Shown here piece by piece: positions 40,001-48,995 of a stretch of 64,000 nt of DNA; within the stretch, counting starts at the first letter, position 1; the number at the start of each line of letters is the position of its first letter. The DNA is from a bacterium (GTDB lineage: Bacteria > Hydrothermota > UBA3073 > JACQXS01 > JAQTXJ01). A model generated the notes under the pieces. It saw only the letters and a list, made by a program, of their open reading frames with translations, did not search any database and was not told where the DNA came from. Position numbers and translations under genes: made by a program. The stretch spans positions 778 to 64,777 of the forward strand of contig JBAZNK010000002.1 of NCBI GenBank assembly GCA_041649255.1, in the 5' to 3' direction.

Positions 40001-41065
40001 TCCATTTTTATCCCATGTCCCGTCTAAATCAGAATAATAAAGATCGCTGGGGATAGTATCTCCGTCCGGATAAGGACATATGTCAGTATTAACACAAAAA
40101 ACATCTCTTCGTGGGACAATTTCTTCATTGTTTTCGAAATCAGATTGTCCCCCTAACAAAAAGTATTGAGTTCCCCAGTTGGTATAAGCGTATCGTATAA
40201 ACTCACGAATTTTTGTTTGTCTGTCTATCCCGGAAAAAGTATTGTAAATAGAATCTACAATCATAACTTTAGATTTAATGCCTTTACGGGTTTTCCAATC
40301 TGCAAGACGCTGAAACTCGCCGGACAAGGCATTATTAGTTATTATGCAATATTGAAATTCATTCTGTTTGTTTGTTATCTGGGGCGCATAAGTTTCTATA
40401 TTTTCGGGATTTAATACTATGTTTTTAATTTCCTGTTTAATTGTATTATTCTGAAATGGGGTTAAAAGGTTGGTTTTGGAAGTATGAGTATAGTTTAGTT
40501 TTATTTTTATTGAGGAATAAAATATAATTTGTTTTTCTGATGGGATATATTGGACGGGATAAATTAGAATACTTGCAATTTTATATCCTCCTTTATTTCC
40601 TGTCCCAACAAGTTTTGCGAGATTTCCAGGATAAGTTGTAGGTGAATTGTAAATTACAGGATTGGGAGAAATAAATTCGGGGACTGGAAGATTGTAAATC
40701 ATTGGTTGAGGGCGTTGTGCAGGGAATAAAAAATATTTATCAGGTAGTTTTTCATTGCTGGTAGAAATTACGTCTAAAGAGTTTACTATGGCATCTTGAG
40801 GAATAAGTATATGAATTTCATAAAAAGGAATAATAGGTGAACCTGCTTCTGTAGTATGTAGAATTGCTCCGGGAGTTAGTTTGTCCGATTTTAAAGATAA
40901 TATTTGATATCCATTGATTTCTTTATTGGACAAGGATGACTTATTGAATTGTATTTCTTTTGTTATTTTTTCTGCGAATAATAAGGTAGTGTGGATTTGT
41001 GTGGCAGTAAGTAAAATAAATAAAAAGACTTTGGAGAAATTCTTATAAAAAAGCGAATTATTCAT
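37061..41065 (-). CDS. Large secreted gingipain-like cysteine peptidase (C25 family) with T9SS C-terminal sorting domain
   Basis: Signal peptide. Candidate catalytic region with His (LVHYAAHGGAPVIMVAG) and Cys (NAISCFTGAVDE). The C-terminus (…SEVKIVIYDISGRITKKF…GVYFIHF…) is CTD-like. The C25 call is an inference from motif resemblance. Confidence 0.6.
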   Translation of the reverse strand: MNNSLFYKNFSKVFLFILLTATQIHTTLLFAEKITKEIQFNKSSLSNKEINGYQILSLKSDKLTPGAILHTTEAGSPIIPFYEIHILIPQDAIVNSLDVISTSNEKLPDKYFLFPAQRPQPMIYNLPVPEFISPNPVIYNSPTTYPGNLAKLVGTGNKGGYKIASILIYPVQYIPSEKQIIFYSSIKIKLNYTHTSKTNLLTPFQNNTIKQEIKNIVLNPENIETYAPQITNKQNEFQYCIITNNALSGEFQRLADWKTRKGIKSKVMIVDSIYNTFSGIDRQTKIREFIRYAYTNWGTQYFLLGGQSDFENNEEIVPRRDVFCVNTDICPYPDGDTIPSDLYYSDLDGTWDKNGNGIYGEMDDSIDLYSDVYVGRAPAKDINQAKIFVDKILAYEKNSLKGYAKKILLVGAELWPSKNYNGDIVSDSIISITPSGWSEGKLYYKNGNLSRDAVVDSVNAGFGLVHYAAHGGAPVIMVAGQSFSIPFVDILNNTNKFGIHNAISCFTGAVDEINTSDYNYDCLAEHIVNSPNGGGVASVMNTRYGWGTPPYMGYAELLDLEFYNQLFNSGAYHLGIAHTLSKNPYCGIAQTDTLWRYSIYELTLFGDPELPVWTEAPESLTVNYLSNIGTGSQNFNVYCSHNSSPKESTLVCLMKGTEIYKTGYTNSAGNAVFNISPAVPGNIYVTATAHNFYPYEGTSTVVGQGPYVSYKNHDITDNIGNADSTVNPGETIDLYLTLWNPGTITASGVSGTITTNDTLVSGISDTTQSYGNILSKDSCTNSGTYKISISPNTPDMHIIKIRIKITDDSANIWYDSLNIQVARPKPIYQSYQLNDSEGNTPNGYLDPDEEAKITPRVKNTGTGNLDSVRAVLRTTSPYTAIIDSQSTFGEIPHTETRNGIPFKVNTTPSINIGDSIIFEIQIIGWNGLIQYSNSDTIVVKVGLPGLMYADHDVGNLQFTVTCNGVCGFTKQNGEGTGFKYPHNSSNLLWIGSLWVGNASNYVVNKDFNAEGTGDWKETSTPDGKLRMGGNKFSNQDGIAIYNDANHPAPKNITVNQLSSAWSTQPYNDFVIMKYKITNTGTSPINNLYAGQYMEFDVDTLNSLKDKVGIDSSKHLIYQYAKINSRCVGIKLISPLNPANLSAINSKTYVYPGWFIQDSIKIKFLNGALTSTVLDTTDDWGILASTGPFNLDAGKDTTISFAIIGGDSISDLKYNSDMAEIITSIEDKEKNTPLSYKLYPCMPNPTKNKAFILYSVPKTSEVKIVIYDISGRITKKFAFKGVLPGLHSTLWDGTNSHGNKVSTGVYFIHFISKAEETQSQDENEVKYRNKLIIIR

Positions 41066-41181
41066 TTTGAATATTATATATTACAGACTTTTAAAGTCAA
41101 TACTTAACTCATTTCTTTTAATTTTTTTATCAATATCGGACAGCATCGTTACCCCTGATTTTCTAACCAGTACTTTTTTGT

Positions 41182-42324
41182 CTACTCAAAAAGTTTTGTT
41201 TGTCGTTCTTTTTGATTGCTTTTTAGGGTATAGTGATTTCTCCCATATTTTTTTACAGTTTGAATTGTTTCCATTTCCTGCAAGTGAGTTGTCAATTTTT
41301 TTGTCGTCCAATCCAATTTTAATTTTTCAAGAATGTCTTTTACAGAAAGTGTTTTTCCGTTAAGTATTTTTAGAATTCTGTCTTCAATAGTTTCTATAGA
41401 TGGTTCATTTGCAATTGATGCTGTTACCATTTGTTCAGCATTTGGATTTCCTACTCCATTGAAGTCAACCGGAATAGCGCCTTTTTGAATAAGAAGATTG
41501 TTTGCATTTTTTTCGTTTGGTTCAGGTTGTCTCACGTAAATTTTACGTCCTTTTCTAAGACCGTCAATTACTCCTGACCATGTTCCACCTTTTTCGCTTG
41601 ACTCTGCTACAAATATTTCGTCAGCAAGTCCGTAAATAACAGGATTACGAGCCATTGCCAAACCGGCTGACCAAACTGCTTTTGGATGAAATACGCTTAA
41701 CACTAAAATATTACCGTCAACAATTTGCCTGTAATATGTTTTGAAGCCCGAAATAAAAGTTGTTATACCTTGAGGAAGAACAATTATACTTTGTCCTGTG
41801 TATTTTATTGCAGAATCTAAAGCCTGTTTATCAACGCCTTTTGCAAAACCACTAACGACTACTTTAAAATCCTTACTTGCTAATTTGGCAATGTTGTCGG
41901 CAAATTCCAATGATTTCCTTCCTGCATCTCTTGAACCAACAATAGCAATAGACTTTTCATAAAGTATTTTTTTGTTACCTTTAACATACAATAAAGCAGG
42001 GGAATGTGCCGCTTTTAAGTTTTGTTTTAAGGTTTTTGAGTATTCCGGAGAAGTAATAGGGATTAACTCAAACCCCTGGCTTGAAAGATTTTCTGCAAAA
42101 AACGCGTTATTAGGTAATTCAGATTTTGCTTTCTGTAAATCAGAAATATCTTCTTGGTTAAGTTGATATTTATTGTTCCATATTGATTCAGGTAAGTTGA
42201 AAAAGTCTTCTATGGAGATTTTTTCTTCATGGAAAAACTTGATGATTAGGTTATTGATTTTTAAATAACCCCATTTTGGCAAATGTGCCAATGCTATCCA
42301 ATATGAATAATCTTTTGTGCCCAT
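41182..42324 (-). CDS. dprA: DNA processing protein A (Smf)
   Basis: Rossmann-like DprA core SIAIVGSRDAGRKSLEFADNIAKLA…VVSGFAKGVDKQALDSAI…IIVLPQGI, plus a C-terminal winged helix. Confidence 0.8.
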   Translation of the reverse strand: MGTKDYSYWIALAHLPKWGYLKINNLIIKFFHEEKISIEDFFNLPESIWNNKYQLNQEDISDLQKAKSELPNNAFFAENLSSQGFELIPITSPEYSKTLKQNLKAAHSPALLYVKGNKKILYEKSIAIVGSRDAGRKSLEFADNIAKLASKDFKVVVSGFAKGVDKQALDSAIKYTGQSIIVLPQGITTFISGFKTYYRQIVDGNILVLSVFHPKAVWSAGLAMARNPVIYGLADEIFVAESSEKGGTWSGVIDGLRKGRKIYVRQPEPNEKNANNLLIQKGAIPVDFNGVGNPNAEQMVTASIANEPSIETIEDRILKILNGKTLSVKDILEKLKLDWTTKKLTTHLQEMETIQTVKKYGRNHYTLKSNQKERQTKLFE

Positions 42325-42341
42325 AATTTTATTCCTTTAAC

Positions 42342-44714
42342 TTATAAGTTATTAATAAGTTCAATAATCTCTTCGCCAAATTTCTTAATTGTCTTTTTGC
42401 CTAATCCTTTTATGTCCAGAAGTTCTAAAATGGAAGTAGGTTTTCTTTCGGCAATATTATTTAAGGTTGCATTAGGCAAAATGCAGTAAGTAGGCAAATT
42501 ACTTTCTTTGGCTTTTTCAAAACGCCATTTCTTTAATATTTGGTAAATCTTATCTTCATCCTTAGGATTTGGATACTTCCGACGAATTTCTGCAAAAGGT
42601 TTTTCTTTCTCATTCACTGCTTTTTTAGAATCTACTACATTCCTTTTAATTAAATTTGGAGTGTTATCTATTATATCCCCGCCAATTGTCTTTGCTATTA
42701 CCAATGGTGCAATTTTATTCACCCCCAATTTACTCATTAAATTTCCGATTTCCTTAATTGTTTCTTTGCTATCACAAATGTCATCAATCAACAGAACGTT
42801 TTTCCCTTTAATCTCGGCGGGATTGTTGTAGCCAAAAACACCTTTTACGTTATCCTTTTTTGATATATAATTTTGAAATACCTTTTGGGGTTTCATATCT
42901 TGCCGCTTTGTCAATCCGTGGGAAATAGGTATCTCTAAATTCTTGGATACTTTTTCGGCAAAATTCTTAACCAAATCACCCGATTCAGTTGGAAGAACGT
43001 AGATAATTAAATCGAATTTTTCATCTTTAAAATAGCTTCGATAGGCTCTCAAAACTCCAATCAGAAGGGAATCGGGGAAGTCTCCACCATCCTCATATTT
43101 ACACCGGTGAATCATAGATCCTACGTTTGAAAAGCCATAATACGAAAATGCAACCCCGTTGACCAATTTATCCTTTCGCTCTAAAAGAGGTTTTTCTTGT
43201 TGAGACATAGAAACCAATTGAATTTCTGGAAAATCATTATTCTTAAAATCATCCACTTTTTCCTGCCAGTAAGCATTTATTTTATGGGTAAATTTTTCCG
43301 TCCTACAGTTATCGCATTTATGGCAAATTTCAACAATACTCTTATCATCCAGGTAATCACAAAGATAAAACATTCTGCACTTATCCATCTCAGCGTATTC
43401 AATGATTTTCTCAAGTTCGTTTAATTTAAATTCCTTGAGCTCTTCAAAAGTCATAGTGTTAAGCCGAGGGGCATTAAATTTGTACTCATATTTTTTGGAA
43501 CGACCAAAAATAACTTCTTTTATTATACCTTGCTCGATTAAATCTGTTGTTATTATTTCTATTTTGGTTTTATTTAGATTGGTTTTTCTCATCAAATCCC
43601 ATTTGCCTGAAGGTTCTTTTTTTAATTGCTCAATAACCTTTTGGTAATGCTTAAAAGGGGGACGACTGTTTTCAATAAAATGTTCCGGCAATTCTCTGTC
43701 TTCAGGATTGTATAAAAGGATAATTCTAGTTTCTTTCCCATCTCTACCTGCTCTTCCAATCTCTTGATAATAATGAATTGGAGATGCAGGTATTTGCGTA
43801 TGAATGATAAATCTAATGTCTGGTTTATCAATACCCATACCCAGGGCATTTGTGGAGACGACACATTTCCAGTGGTTATTAATCAACCCATCTTCTATAG
43901 ATTTTCTTGTTTCTGCGTCGAATCCGGCATTATAATTTACAGAGCTAATGTTTTGGTAATTTAAAAAATTTGAATAAATTTCAGTATCAACCCTTGTGCC
44001 GGTATAAATGATACCTGTCCCGTTCAGTTTAGGTAAGTACTCTGCTAAAAATGCCAGTTTATCATCTTCGGAAGAAACTTTTACTACGTTCAGCCTAAAA
44101 TTTTCCCGTAGTAAATTACCACGAAGATATTTTATATTCCCCCCCATTTGTTGAATGATGTCTTGAGCTACTCTTTCTGTGGCTGTTGCCGTTGTGGCTA
44201 AAATAGGAAATTTCTGTGGTAACAATTTTATTAAGTCAACGATTTTTCTGAACGCAGGGCGGAAATCGTGTCCCCAGACTGAAATACAATGGGCTTCGTC
44301 AATAACGACCATTGAAAGATTCATTTGTCTTGTAGCTTCAAGCCATTCACTGTTTTCTTGTCTTTCAGGAGCTATATAAAGAATTTTAACTTTTCCTTGT
44401 TTGGCTTCTGATATAATTTGAGAGTTTTCCGCCATTGTCTGTTCGCTATTAATACATTTTGCAGAAATGCCTAAGCTGTTTAATTTTTTTACCTGGTCAC
44501 GCATTAATGCAATTAGTGGCGAAAAAACTACAGTTGTCCCATTGAAAATTGTCGCAGGAAATTGAAAGCACAATGATTTTCCAAAACCTGTTTTTTCAAT
44601 TAGTAAAACTCTTTCTCCTTTTAAAATTCGGTTAATAGTATCCCATTGGTCGTCATAGAATCTGTCAAGCTTAAAGGTTTGTTTAAGTTTATATTCTAAT
44701 TCGTTTCTTGTCAT
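42342..44714 (-). CDS. recQ: RecQ-family ATP-dependent DNA helicase fused to a ComFC-like phosphoribosyltransferase-fold domain and C-terminal HRDC domain
   Basis: RecQ motifs ERVLLIEKTGFGKS, DEAHCISVWGHDFRPAFRKI, and the Zn-binding Cys cluster (CRMFYLCDY…CHKCDNC). The middle region is ComFC/PRT-like (KGVFGYNNPAEIKGKNVLLIDDICDSKETI). The C-terminus is HRDC-like (ILPNATLNNIAERKPTSILELLDIKGLGKKTIKKFGEEI). Confidence 0.8.
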   Translation of the reverse strand: MTRNELEYKLKQTFKLDRFYDDQWDTINRILKGERVLLIEKTGFGKSLCFQFPATIFNGTTVVFSPLIALMRDQVKKLNSLGISAKCINSEQTMAENSQIISEAKQGKVKILYIAPERQENSEWLEATRQMNLSMVVIDEAHCISVWGHDFRPAFRKIVDLIKLLPQKFPILATTATATERVAQDIIQQMGGNIKYLRGNLLRENFRLNVVKVSSEDDKLAFLAEYLPKLNGTGIIYTGTRVDTEIYSNFLNYQNISSVNYNAGFDAETRKSIEDGLINNHWKCVVSTNALGMGIDKPDIRFIIHTQIPASPIHYYQEIGRAGRDGKETRIILLYNPEDRELPEHFIENSRPPFKHYQKVIEQLKKEPSGKWDLMRKTNLNKTKIEIITTDLIEQGIIKEVIFGRSKKYEYKFNAPRLNTMTFEELKEFKLNELEKIIEYAEMDKCRMFYLCDYLDDKSIVEICHKCDNCRTEKFTHKINAYWQEKVDDFKNNDFPEIQLVSMSQQEKPLLERKDKLVNGVAFSYYGFSNVGSMIHRCKYEDGGDFPDSLLIGVLRAYRSYFKDEKFDLIIYVLPTESGDLVKNFAEKVSKNLEIPISHGLTKRQDMKPQKVFQNYISKKDNVKGVFGYNNPAEIKGKNVLLIDDICDSKETIKEIGNLMSKLGVNKIAPLVIAKTIGGDIIDNTPNLIKRNVVDSKKAVNEKEKPFAEIRRKYPNPKDEDKIYQILKKWRFEKAKESNLPTYCILPNATLNNIAERKPTSILELLDIKGLGKKTIKKFGEEIIELINNL

Positions 44715-44816
44715 TATAGTTAGTTTACGATACGTTTAAGGTAGAAATGGAAAAAGTCAAGAGTAAAAGTGGTACCTGAAGGGTATATGCAAAATAAAAA
44801 TGAGTAAGCAATTGCT

Positions 44817-47345
44817 CTAACTCATTTCTTTTAATTTTTTTATCAATAGGAGAGCGTCTACGGGAGTTATTTTATCAGGGTCTATGTTTGCGATGGTTTC
44901 TAATATTTTGGACTCCGGTTTATTTAATTCTTGTTTATTAGGAGTTGTAAAGAAGTCTGTTTGTTTTGATTTGGAACGGATTTTACTTGATTTTAATTCT
45001 TTGATTTCCAGGGATTCCAGGACTTCTTGCGCTCGTTTTATTACTTTCCCCGGCACCCCACCCAATTTTGCTACTTCTATTCCATAGGAATCATCACATT
45101 GTCCCGGTTTTAACTGGCGTAAAAAGATTATTTTGTCTTCATATCGTTTAACCGCTATATGATAGTTTTTTATCTCTGAAAAGATTGTGGCAAGTTCGGA
45201 TAATTCGTGATAATGAGTTGCAAAAAGTGTTTTAGTTCCGATTTTTTGCAACAGGTATTCGGCGACTGCCCATGCAATTGACATCCCATCGTAAGTACTT
45301 GTTCCCCTTCCGATTTCATCAAGCAAAACAAGACTCCTATTTGTTGCATTATTTAATATATTTGCAGTTTCGTTCATTTCAGCAAGGAAAGTGGAAACGC
45401 CCCGTGAAAGGTCATCACTTGCGCCGATTCTTGTAAATATGCGGTCTCTTACTCCTATTCTGGCATAAGAAGCGGGAACAAAAGAGCCAAGTTGAGCCAT
45501 AAGAGTTATTAATCCGACCTGTCTTAAATATGTGGATTTTCCTGCCATATTTGGTCCCGTAATTATGTAAATTTGTTGTTCATCATCTAATGTAGTCGGG
45601 TTTGGGATGAATTCGTCTTTTGAAATCAGTTTATCTACAACGGGATGTCTCCCGTCTTTAATGATAATGGAATTTTCTTCGGTTATTTCGGGTTTTACAT
45701 AGTTGTTTTGGGTCGCTATAAAAGCGAATGACGCAAAAACGTCCAGTTCAGCAAGTTTTCTGGCAGTATCCTGAATTTTATGGACTTCCGAAGCCACTTT
45801 TTTTCGTACTTCGGAAAATATTTCGTATTCCATTCGTTTTATCCGTTCTTCTGCGGACAAAATTTTATACTCGTATTGTTTTAGTTCTTCGGTAATAAAT
45901 CTCTCGGAGTTTACTGTAGTTTGTTTTCTTATGTAGTCTTGAGGAACGAGTTTAAGATTTGACCTTGTAATTTCTATATAATAACCAAAAGTGTTATTAA
46001 ATCCGACTTTCAGGGATTGGATTTTTGTCCTAATTCGTTCACGAGATTCAAAATCCGAAACCCATTTTTTACCGGAATAAGAAAGTTCCCGTATTTCATC
46101 AAGTTCTTTGCTAAAACCTTGTTTTATGACTCCACCGTCTTCTATAGTTGGAGGCGGGCTAGCAACGATAGCTTTTTCAATGTATTGAGCAATATCTTTT
46201 AAGTCAGGCATTTTATAACTTTCGAATTCCTTAGGAAGTATGGTGTTTATCCCGGGTAGAATTTTTAGGGTATTTGAAATAGCGGTAATATCTCTCGGGG
46301 TAGCTCTTTCCATAGAAACCCTTGTGGCGAGTCTTTCGAGGTCTGATACGCAGGCATTGGAGGAAATTATGCCTGTAAATTGTCCTAAAAAAGATAGGTT
46401 TTTAACGAAATATTCTACTTTATCAAGTCTGTTATTTATTTCTTTTATGTCAACAAGAGGGAAAAGAATGAAGTTTCGAAGTAATCTTATTCCCATCGGG
46501 GTATAAGTATGGTTTAATACCCATAGAAGTGTACCTTCGCCTTCGGTATTATTAATTTTTTGTATAAGTTCAAGGTTTTTTCTTGTAGGTTCGTCAAGAA
46601 GCAGATATTTAGATAAAAAGTATGGTTTGGGTGGATTGATGTGGGGGAGAGACGATTTTTTTACGGATTTAAGATAAGATAAGGCAGCTCCTGCGGCTGA
46701 AACGGCAAGATGCAGATCTTTACATCCAAAACCATCCAAAGAGGCTACATTAAAATGTTCAATCAGTTCTTGTTTTGCAATATCATAATTAAATTTATAA
46801 GTATCTATTTTTGAGGTATGTATGAAATCAAAGTCTACGGAAGTAATAATTTCTCCCGGTGATAATCTTTTCAGTTCGTCTATTAGTTCTTCTTTATTGA
46901 GTTCAGTGACTTTGAATTCTCCTGTGGAGAGATCTATTAGGGCAAGCCCGTAATTTATGTCATTCTGAAATATTGATGCCAGATAGTTATTTTTTGTTGC
47001 TTCAAGCAATGCATCTTCAACTAAAGTCCCTTGGGTAATTACTTCTATCACGTCTCTTTTAACGAGTTTCCCTGGTTGGGGAGGTTCGAGTTGTTCGCAT
47101 ATTGCCACTTTATAATTTGCTTTAACAAGTTTAGCGATGTATGGAGTCGCCGCATGATGAGGAATCCCGGCAAGCGGAACCCCGGATTGTCTCTGAGTTA
47201 AGGTTATTCCAAGAATTTTTGATGCCAAAACGGCATCCTGATAAAATGTTTCATAAAAATCACCCAGACGGAAGAGTATTATGGCATCCGGATATTGCTT
47301 TTTTATTTTGTGCCACTGTTCTAAAAGTGGGGTAGATGTTTCCAT
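44817..47345 (-). CDS. mutS: DNA mismatch repair protein MutS
   Basis: The N-terminal mismatch-binding domain (TPLLEQWHKIKKQYPDAIILFRLGDFYETF) and Walker A (GPNMAGKSTYLRQ) are colinear with MutS over the full length. Confidence 0.9.
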   Translation of the reverse strand: METSTPLLEQWHKIKKQYPDAIILFRLGDFYETFYQDAVLASKILGITLTQRQSGVPLAGIPHHAATPYIAKLVKANYKVAICEQLEPPQPGKLVKRDVIEVITQGTLVEDALLEATKNNYLASIFQNDINYGLALIDLSTGEFKVTELNKEELIDELKRLSPGEIITSVDFDFIHTSKIDTYKFNYDIAKQELIEHFNVASLDGFGCKDLHLAVSAAGAALSYLKSVKKSSLPHINPPKPYFLSKYLLLDEPTRKNLELIQKINNTEGEGTLLWVLNHTYTPMGIRLLRNFILFPLVDIKEINNRLDKVEYFVKNLSFLGQFTGIISSNACVSDLERLATRVSMERATPRDITAISNTLKILPGINTILPKEFESYKMPDLKDIAQYIEKAIVASPPPTIEDGGVIKQGFSKELDEIRELSYSGKKWVSDFESRERIRTKIQSLKVGFNNTFGYYIEITRSNLKLVPQDYIRKQTTVNSERFITEELKQYEYKILSAEERIKRMEYEIFSEVRKKVASEVHKIQDTARKLAELDVFASFAFIATQNNYVKPEITEENSIIIKDGRHPVVDKLISKDEFIPNPTTLDDEQQIYIITGPNMAGKSTYLRQVGLITLMAQLGSFVPASYARIGVRDRIFTRIGASDDLSRGVSTFLAEMNETANILNNATNRSLVLLDEIGRGTSTYDGMSIAWAVAEYLLQKIGTKTLFATHYHELSELATIFSEIKNYHIAVKRYEDKIIFLRQLKPGQCDDSYGIEVAKLGGVPGKVIKRAQEVLESLEIKELKSSKIRSKSKQTDFFTTPNKQELNKPESKILETIANIDPDKITPVDALLLIKKLKEMS

Positions 47346-47352
47346 AATTATT
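47261..47352. repeat. Direct repeat copy 1 (~90 bp; includes the mutS start codon and first ~27 codons); copy 2 at 48284..48375
   Basis: cggaagagtattatggcatccggatattgcttttttattttgtgccactgttctaa(a/g)ag(t/a)ggggtagatgtttccataattatt occurs twice with 2-3 mismatches. Confidence 0.85.
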
Positions 47353-47407
47353 ACCTTATATCAACTTGCTTTCAAAATGGGGAAAAACTTGTATCGTGTG
47401 GCAGTCT

Positions 47408-48136
47408 TTATACATTTTGATAGCATTTTAGTATTCTATCGCTTACAATTTGAACTCTTCCATCCATCTCAAAAGAAGGTGTTCCGTTTATATAGAATTT
47501 AATTATATCAGTTGAAAAGATTGTATTTGAGTCAATATAATACTGACATTTTATATAAGGCTCAATAGCCTTGATGAATTTATCCACAAATTCTTTGTTT
47601 TGAGAGTTACATATTATTGTTATTGGATGGTCGGGAAAACGACCTATATATGTATTACCTTGTGCATATTGCCCTAAATTAAAACTTTTCAGCAAAGTTT
47701 CTAAGTCATATGCTACTTTATTTCTCATGGAGTTACCACTTTCAATTTCAATAAAAATTTTAGGTGGTTGGGAAAACTCTCTAATAAGTTGTTTTAAGTT
47801 TTCTATAACTTGTTCTCTTTGAGATTCTGTAAGCTGTTTGTAGTCTTGGGATGAGATTTGGTTGATAATGTTGTTATTACCAGTTTGATTTTGTGTCACT
47901 ATTAAAGCTTTAGGTGCATTAATAGTTGTTTCTATTTTATTGCCTTGTACGTAGTCTTTTTTGGCGTCTACTTTTTTACTGTCTACTGTTATTTTATTTG
48001 AATTTCCGGTTGAAACTACTTTTATAGGACTTTGGGGAGTAATCCTAATTATTGCTGCGATTATAGTTGCGATAGCAATTATAATTGCACTTATTATAGA
48101 TGGAGATTTTAAATTAATTTTTTTATTTTTTTTCAT
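47408..48136 (-). CDS. Membrane-anchored hypothetical protein (242 aa) inserted between the TPR/SPOR gene and mutS
   Basis: N-terminal TM anchor (IISAIIIAIATIIAAII). Flanked by the ~90-bp direct repeats. Confidence 0.5.
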   Translation of the reverse strand: MKKNKKINLKSPSIISAIIIAIATIIAAIIRITPQSPIKVVSTGNSNKITVDSKKVDAKKDYVQGNKIETTINAPKALIVTQNQTGNNNIINQISSQDYKQLTESQREQVIENLKQLIREFSQPPKIFIEIESGNSMRNKVAYDLETLLKSFNLGQYAQGNTYIGRFPDHPITIICNSQNKEFVDKFIKAIEPYIKCQYYIDSNTIFSTDIIKFYINGTPSFEMDGRVQIVSDRILKCYQNV

Positions 48137-48283
48137 AATTATATTTCCTATATTTTTTTCTATTAAGTTATGTAATTTTAATCATAGAATTTCATTCAGT
48201 CAAGCCATATTTTTCAACCCCAAGTACTGTTGCTTTATACCGATATTATGTCATTTTCAATTTGAAATATCAAAAATAATAAA

Positions 48284-48375
48284 TCACCTAAGCGGAAGAG
48301 TATTATGGCATCCGGATATTGCTTTTTTATTTTGTGCCACTGTTCTAAGAGAGGGGTAGATGTTTCCATAATTAT
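48284..48375. repeat. Direct repeat copy 2 (truncated duplicate of the mutS 5' end)
   Basis: See copy 1. On the minus strand it encodes METSTPLLEQWHKIKKQYPDAIILFRL followed by unrelated sequence. Confidence 0.85.
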
Positions 48376-48995
48376 TTACGTTTTATAACAAACCCGTTTA
48401 TTTTGCTTCGTAATAAAAACTCGCTTGCTTCCAGTTCAGAATTAAAGTGTCCTATTTTTATTTTGTAAAGGTTGGCTTCCTGGTTAATCTGGATAGAAAG
48501 CTCATTTCCTAATAGACTATCGGAAGATAGAATGGGTGTAATTTCCTGTTGAAGTTTTAGGGCATTTTCTTTGGTTGAAAAAGCTCCTATCTGGATGTAT
48601 ATTAAGGTAGAAAAGATTTTTAACTGTGAGTAAGCATATTTAGTGTATACAGAGGAAGGGTATTTTGTTGTAAGGTCATTATAAAATTTAATTGCCGAAT
48701 TATAATCTTCTACAGCATAATAATACTGGGCAATATTGTATAAAGCTTCGGGGACAAAATTACTTTCCGGATACAAGGATATAAATTTTGTATAATATTC
48801 CATTGCTTTATCGGGATTGGATTTTAATTTTGCCGTCCAGAACATAGCTTCGGGGGCAAGTACGTTATCAGGATAATTAACTAATAGTCGTTCAAACCTT
48901 TTGCCTGCAAGTTCAAAGTCTCCGGACTTATAAGCTTTATGGGCTTCCTTGTAGAGTTCCGAAGGTAATAATAAAAAAAGTATTAATATAATCAT
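48372..48995 (-). CDS. TPR-repeat protein with C-terminal SPOR (peptidoglycan-binding) domain
   Basis: TPR-like repeats (AMEYYTKFISLYPES, ALYNIAQYYY, AIKFYNDLTTKYPSS). The C-terminal IQIGAFSTKENALKLQQ…YKIKIGHFNSELEASEF matches SPOR. Confidence 0.7.
   Translation of the reverse strand: MIILILFLLLPSELYKEAHKAYKSGDFELAGKRFERLLVNYPDNVLAPEAMFWTAKLKSNPDKAMEYYTKFISLYPESNFVPEALYNIAQYYYAVEDYNSAIKFYNDLTTKYPSSVYTKYAYSQLKIFSTLIYIQIGAFSTKENALKLQQEITPILSSDSLLGNELSIQINQEANLYKIKIGHFNSELEASEFLLRSKINGFVIKRK

Noticed and set aside
47961-48359. 132-aa plus-strand ORF
   Set aside because: It runs antisense through the start of the 47408..48136 gene and into the duplicated mutS-5' repeat. It is hydrophobic and low-complexity and is probably non-coding.
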